A stretch of DNA of 62,588 nucleotides, the filler included. It is 6 parts of 6 records of this genome, joined end to end, with 100 filler letters (N's around TTAATTAATTAA, not from the genome) between each part and the next. Parts side by side here need not be neighbours in the genome. Positions count along the whole stretch, not along the records: positions 55,560 to 58,644 come from SRR20825010_6864; positions 58,745 to 62,588 come from SRR20825010_6870; 4 more parts are not named here. One strand, 5' to 3'. Below are positions 57,718 to 62,588 of the stretch, piece after piece. The notes beneath the pieces were generated by a model. That model saw nothing but the letters and a program-made list of their open reading frames with translations, did no database searches and was not told where the DNA came from. Every line of letters starts with the position of its first letter. Position 1 is the stretch's first letter. The translations under genes and the position numbers were made by a program.

Positions 57718-58644
57718 ATGACGACAAGTTGGCGCCCGAAAACGCAGATGGGCCGCGAATTGGCAGAAGCCCCGGCAGTTGTCGCCAAACAGATTGCGCA
57801 CAACACAGCCGAGATTGCCAAACTCGCAGAAGATCTCCGGGAAAACCCGCCGAAATTCGTTGTGACCTGTGGTCGTGGCAGTTCCGATCATGCCACGCTT
57901 TATGCAAAGTACTTGATCGAAAGCCAGCTTGGTATTCCGGTTGTTTCGGCAGCACCATCAATTGTCTCGATCTACAACCGGTCGATTGCATCAAAGGATG
58001 CGTTGTTCATTGCGGTTTCCCAGTCAGGCAAAAGCCCGGACCTTGTAAAAAACGCCGAAGCAGCCCGTAAAGCAGGCGCACGCACGGTTGCACTGGTCAA
58101 TGTGGTCGATTCACCGCTTGCCGATACCGTCGATCACGTTATTCCCCTGATGGCTGGTCCAGAAACAAGTGTTGCGGCCACCAAATCCTACATCGCGACC
58201 CTGTCATCTATTGCCCAGATTGTTGGTGCATGGACGCAAGATAGTGCGTTTAACAAAAACCTTGGCAATTTGCCTTTGTCCCTGTCGGCTGCACTGGATC
58301 AGGATTGGCTTGGCGCGTCGGACACGATTGCAAAATCAAATGGCCTTTATGTCATTGGTCGTGGTCCTGCATTTGCGATTGCTCAGGAAGCGGCCCTTAA
58401 ATTTAAGGAAACCAGCAGCCTGCATGCTGAGGCCTTTAGTGCCGCAGAAGTCAAACACGGTCCGATGGCACTGGTGACCCCAACCTTCCCGATGCTTGTC
58501 TTCTCTCAGCAGGATGCATCGCGCGACAGTGTTGAAGATTTCCTGACTGAAATGCGGGCAAAGACAGACAATCTGTTCGCTGCAGAAACGGGCTATGCCG
58601 ATGTCAATGGCCACCTTCCGGTGGTCGAGGATATCCACCCGCTT
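57718..58644 (+). CDS. Partial SIS-domain glucosamine-6-phosphate deaminase (NagB-II, GlmS-like)
   Basis: GRGSSDHA, SQSGKSPD, SVAATKS, ALKFKET, EVKHGP; no glutaminase domain; 3' truncated. Confidence 0.88.
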
Positions 58645-58744
58645 NNNNNNNNNNNNNNNNNNNNNNNNNNNNNNNNNNNNNNNNNNNNTTAATTAATTAA
58701 NNNNNNNNNNNNNNNNNNNNNNNNNNNNNNNNNNNNNNNNNNNN
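58645..58744. other. Artificial contig spacer
   Basis: N44-TTAATTAATTAA-N44. Confidence 0.99.
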
Positions 58745-59157
58745 ATCTCATTCTCCTCAATAGCCAAAGCTGCGGAGGTTTTGTAGGCTTGAATCAATCC
58801 GCTCATTCCGAGCTTAGTTCCTCCGAAATAACGAACTACAACTATTAGGATGTCTGTAAGGTTATTTGATCTGATTTGTCCCAAAATCGGGTCTCCAGCA
58901 GAGTGATTGGGCTCTCCGTCATCATTGGCTCTAAAGTGATCTCCATCCTTTCCTAGCGTCCATGCAAAGCAATGGTGTCTTGCATCATAGTATTTTTTTC
59001 GAAGCTCAGCCAAGTGATTTTTGATTTCCTCTTCATTTTTTACTGGATAGGAAAAATAGAGAAACTTGCTGCTTCTGTCTTTATACAGGCCTTCGCTAGT
59101 TCCGGAAATCGTAAAAAATGTATCTTCGAATGCTGACTCGTCGCCGAAGTCTGACAT
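58745..59157 (-). CDS. yigZ: Partial YigZ/IMPACT family protein
   Basis: SKF, ARHHCFA, DDGEP, VRYFGGTKLG; 3' truncated. Confidence 0.92.
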
Positions 59158-59260
59158 GGATTTGCTAAAGTAGATGAGAAGCGAATTTAGAAAATTAACA
59201 AATGGGGAACGGTTTATCCGTTCGAATTATCTTAATTTTAGCTAGAGGAAATCTTAACCA

Positions 59261-59686
59261 ATGCCTGAATCAATCACTGCGCAAGCACCTTATGTTTTTT
59301 CACTTCCTGGCAACTCCAGCGAAACTGGAAGTCTTCACTTTTGGGAGAATTTAGAACTCTTTCCTGATGGTATTCAGCGATGTTTTTGGATATCAGGTGT
59401 GAAGGAAGGTGAGACGAGAGGGAATCATGCGCATTGGCAAGAGTCACAAGTGATCGTAGCTGTAGCCGGAAGTGTTCAGCTAGAAATTCAGTCTGCACAA
59501 GGTGAGGTTTATTATTTTGACATAGATTCACCTGAGCAAGCAGTTTTTATTCCCCCTTTAAATTGGTTAGTCGCTAGATTTTCACCCAACTCAGTATTAC
59601 TTGGGATGTCAGATCGCGCTTTTTCAGAAGATGATTACATCAGAGACCTAGATAATTTTGGAAAGCTTCAAGAAAGAAATAAGTGA
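59261..59686 (+). CDS. FdtA/QdtA/WxcM-like cupin sugar 3,4-ketoisomerase
   Basis: GSL, RGNHAH, IPPLNW, DDYIRD. Confidence 0.88.
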   Translation: MPESITAQAPYVFSLPGNSSETGSLHFWENLELFPDGIQRCFWISGVKEGETRGNHAHWQESQVIVAVAGSVQLEIQSAQGEVYYFDIDSPEQAVFIPPLNWLVARFSPNSVLLGMSDRAFSEDDYIRDLDNFGKLQERNK

Positions 59687-60587
59687 TCCCCACGAGCTTC
59701 GTGTGATATCGGCCTCGACGGAGGCAAAGGATTATTTTTTAAGCAATTTCCCAATTGATGGATATCAGGAACACTTGGACTTTATCTGGGAGAAAAAACA
59801 TAAAGCTAAGGCAACCATTACGTTTGCAATTTCTAATGATGCACAAGCAGTTTCACTTCCTCAATCACCTTTTGGTGGATTTTGGATACAGGACGGTTTG
59901 AGCTCGACTTCTTTGGAAGCTTTTATAATGGCTATTGAAGCGGAAATGAAGCTAAGAGGAATACGCTCTATTTCTCTGACGCAGTCACCCAAACCATACG
60001 AGCCACAGTCTGATTTGATCAATTACCTTTTATTTAAAAATGGATTTGAACAAGGGAAAGTATTAAGTCATCATTTTTTCATAGGTAAAAAGAAGATCAA
60101 AAAGTTAGCTCAAAAAGAGGTAGTAAAGCTTCAGTCTAAGAGTAAAATTGCTGGGTTGAGCGTCAGTCATTCACCTATTTCAAACTTTGGGTTTTTGAAG
60201 GAAATACGATTTTGGAATCTTGAAAAAGGCTATGAAGTCGCAATTGATGACAATAGAATGGTTCAGCAAGTTTCGGAGTATCCAGATAGGTATTTCTTAA
60301 TTACACTTAGAAAAAATAGTGAAGCAATTGGATACTCAGTTGGTGTCAAACTCACAGGTGATTCTCTATATTATTTTCTTTCAGCGATTAATCCAAAAAT
60401 CAGGGTGAAGAATGGAGGAGAGCTTATACTGAGTGCCCTTTTTCAGCTTGCTGTGGAGCAGAAAGTGAACTTTATAGACTTAGGGTCCTCAGATCTTGAA
60501 GAAGGTGTAAATCATAGTTTGATGTTCTTTAAATCACGATTCTCTAATGATGTTTGTAATAAGATCATTTGGGTAAAGAAAATCTAA
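59658..60587 (+). CDS. GNAT-fold protein (FemAB/BioF2-like)
   Basis: SPFGG, LYYFLSA, IDLGSS...SLMFFKSRF. Confidence 0.65.
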   Translation: MESFKKEISDPHELRVISASTEAKDYFLSNFPIDGYQEHLDFIWEKKHKAKATITFAISNDAQAVSLPQSPFGGFWIQDGLSSTSLEAFIMAIEAEMKLRGIRSISLTQSPKPYEPQSDLINYLLFKNGFEQGKVLSHHFFIGKKKIKKLAQKEVVKLQSKSKIAGLSVSHSPISNFGFLKEIRFWNLEKGYEVAIDDNRMVQQVSEYPDRYFLITLRKNSEAIGYSVGVKLTGDSLYYFLSAINPKIRVKNGGELILSALFQLAVEQKVNFIDLGSSDLEEGVNHSLMFFKSRFSNDVCNKIIWVKKI

Positions 60588-60588
60588 C

Positions 60589-61539
60589 ATGAAGTTTACA
60601 AATCGAGTTACTATTATTTGTATTGCTTTCAATCATGAAAAATGGGTGGAAAAGGCGCTGATAAGTGTATTGTTGCAAGATTTTGAGGATAGAGAGTTAA
60701 TCGTAGTGGATAATGGAAGTAAAGATCGGACCCCAGATATAATCAAGGAATGGGTAAAAAATAATACAGATAAACTCTCTGTTACTGCGATTTATAAGAG
60801 CAAGTCCGAACCCTATTGTCAGTTGTTCAATGAGGTTTTAAGTCGGGTGGAAAGTGAGTTTGTGGTTGATCTGTCTGGAGATGACTTTTTGTATGAAAAC
60901 CATTTGTCTCTTTCGATTGCCAAATTACAACAGGCACCAACTGCCGCTTTTGTTTTTTCTGATGCTATGATTCTTGATGAAAATGGTGAGCAGAGCACTT
61001 TCTACAAGCGGGAGGATTATAAGGAGTTGGCAGAGGAAACTCAGGCCAATAGGATGTATGAAATACTAATTCGAAGAAGTTATATTTCAGCTCCAACTGT
61101 GGTTTTCAATACAGATCTTCTCAAACAAATAGGAGGGTATGATGCTTCACTTGCCTACGAAGACTTTGATGTTCAGCTAAGATTGTCTAGAGATTTCTCT
61201 ATAGTTTTTTCCGAGCATATAGGCGTTTTGAAGAGGAAACACGGGGATTCTCTGTCAGCAAGCCAGTACCAGCGCTACCAATCGAAAATGCTTCCGAGTA
61301 CACTTCGAGTTTGTGAAAAAATCAAGGAGATGAATAAAAGCTCAATTGAAAATGATGCACTTGCAGAACGCATTTTATTTGAGTTGAAGCATACGCTATG
61401 GTCTGCAAATTTTGAGGTTGCTAAAGGGTTTGTAAAGCTTGCGGAGGAGATGAATATACAAGGCATTCAGTTTAATTTATATAAACTGTGGCTTCGCGTT
61501 CGACTTGATATCTCTTGGCTTTATGTCAATCTAACCTGA
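60589..61539 (+). CDS. Glycosyltransferase family 2
   Basis: FNHEKW, VVDNGSKD, DLSGDD, GGYD..LAYED. Confidence 0.92.
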   Translation: MKFTNRVTIICIAFNHEKWVEKALISVLLQDFEDRELIVVDNGSKDRTPDIIKEWVKNNTDKLSVTAIYKSKSEPYCQLFNEVLSRVESEFVVDLSGDDFLYENHLSLSIAKLQQAPTAAFVFSDAMILDENGEQSTFYKREDYKELAEETQANRMYEILIRRSYISAPTVVFNTDLLKQIGGYDASLAYEDFDVQLRLSRDFSIVFSEHIGVLKRKHGDSLSASQYQRYQSKMLPSTLRVCEKIKEMNKSSIENDALAERILFELKHTLWSANFEVAKGFVKLAEEMNIQGIQFNLYKLWLRVRLDISWLYVNLT

Positions 61540-62588
61540 TCAGCCTACAACTACCTCAATGAATGGTGGTTTGTCAAAGTATTTTTGACCCACTGTAATG
61601 ATGTCATCTGCGGTGAATGTTTTCAGATAAGCCAGTTTTTGGGCGTAATAATCGAAATCCATTCCTGAGTGATGCACTGCCTGAAATCTGTCAATTAAGT
61701 CGAACGAAGTGCTGAATTGCTTAAGCATCTGACCGATTAGGTAATTCCGCACTACTTCCAATTCATCCGCATCGATTTTCACTCGCGTCAACAACTCAAT
61801 TTCGTGGTAGATTTCCTTGATTACATCTGGGTAAAAGGCCTTTTGAACATCAGCTGCAATTACCCAAAAATTAGAATCTCCAATTTCGGCTAATGATGAA
61901 TAAATTCCATAGGTATGACCTTTGTCTTCGCGGATGTTTTTGATAAGGCGAGAGCCAAAATAGCCACCTAGAATTGTATTGAAAACAGTGAGTGCTATAA
62001 AGTCTGGATGTGTTTTTGGAATAGACCAGCTGCCAATTCTAATACTGCTTTGAACAGATTTCTCTTTAGGTTCTGTTACAGCCAAAAGAGTGTTTATTCC
62101 TGGTAATAGTATGGAATCAGAGACGGCTCGATTTGGCAATTTCCCGAAAAGAGAATAGAGGTTTTCAAGTTCTCTAGAATCGAAATCCCCGGTAACAAAA
62201 ATTTCTATGTCTTGCCAAAGCATAGTTTCGTAATAAGAAATCAGCTGATCTCTGGTCACATTATCCACATGGCTTTCCTCGACGTCTGCTCCATAAGGAT
62301 GGTTCGCGCCAAAAAGACACTTTCTGAAAACTGTACTAGCTCTTGATGCTGTTTTTTCATTCTCAAGTAGAATACTGAGTTTACGCTGAGATTTCCTCTT
62401 TTCTAGCATATTCTCTGGAAAAGTAGCCTCTGTAAATAGAGAGTTGAAAATATCTAATACAGTAGATAGGTGTTTTTTGGTAGACAAAAGTCCAAGACCT
62501 TCATGAGAGTATGTTGAAATAGGATGAACCTCCGAAGCATAAAAATCAAAGAATTCTGCAAGTTCACCAGCATCCTTTTCGGCTGTAC
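61540..62588 (-). CDS. Partial M16 family peptidase (probably the non-catalytic subunit)
   Basis: HPYG, ILGGYFGSRL..NIREDKGHTYG; frame open to the window end. Confidence 0.88.
   Translation of the reverse strand, partial: TAEKDAGELAEFFDFYASEVHPISTYSHEGLGLLSTKKHLSTVLDIFNSLFTEATFPENMLEKRKSQRKLSILLENEKTASRASTVFRKCLFGANHPYGADVEESHVDNVTRDQLISYYETMLWQDIEIFVTGDFDSRELENLYSLFGKLPNRAVSDSILLPGINTLLAVTEPKEKSVQSSIRIGSWSIPKTHPDFIALTVFNTILGGYFGSRLIKNIREDKGHTYGIYSSLAEIGDSNFWVIAADVQKAFYPDVIKEIYHEIELLTRVKIDADELEVVRNYLIGQMLKQFSTSFDLIDRFQAVHHSGMDFDYYAQKLAYLKTFTADDIITVGQKYFDKPPFIEVVVG

Noticed and set aside
40475..58644. GC-richer block as a horizontally acquired island in a Bacteroidota genome
   Set aside because: Bounded by artificial spacers and carries alphaproteobacterial housekeeping genes (rpmF, pab); these are separate organisms

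Overview
The window is not one replicon. It is six unrelated contigs joined by 100-nt artificial spacers (N44-TTAATTAATTAA-N44) at 12470-12569, 33066-33165, 40375-40474, 55460-55559 and 58645-58744. Taxonomy below is inferred by eye from gene content, composition and protein style only. (1) 1-12469, AT-rich Flavobacteriaceae-like: clpB, ytxJ, a RelE/ParE toxin-antitoxin pair, fahA, glyA, a T9SS-tagged redoxin. (2) 12570-33065, Cytophagales-like: AraC-TM-TPR regulator, map, tRNA-Leu(CAA), DUF62, PhoH, TonB-dependent receptor plus phosphodiesterase, ComEC, ABC permease, RecQ. (3) 33166-40374, Cytophagales-like: TrhO, nucleoside phosphorylase, an atypical Cu/Zn-SOD-fold lipoprotein, GH113, ECF sigma/RskA. 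(4) 40475-55459, Alphaproteobacteria: phaB-phaA/phaR, GGDEF-EAL, pabB-pabA-pabC, rpmF. (5) 55560-58644, Alphaproteobacteria: MurQ/GlcNAc utilisation with NagQ-type operators. (6) 58745-62588, Cyclobacteriaceae-like: YigZ, FdtA cupin, GNAT, GT2, M16 peptidase. Most content is ordinary housekeeping or metabolic DNA. I saw no CRISPR array, integrase, transposase, prophage or rRNA, and no clear-cut new multi-gene system. The best leads are an SOD-fold lipoprotein whose signal peptide lies upstream of any ATG/GTG/TTG and which lacks the canonical Zn histidines, a SusD-less TonB receptor/phosphodiesterase pair with a structured promoter, a non-CIRCE inverted repeat upstream of clpB, and a membrane-anchored AraC-TPR regulator with upstream tandem repeats.
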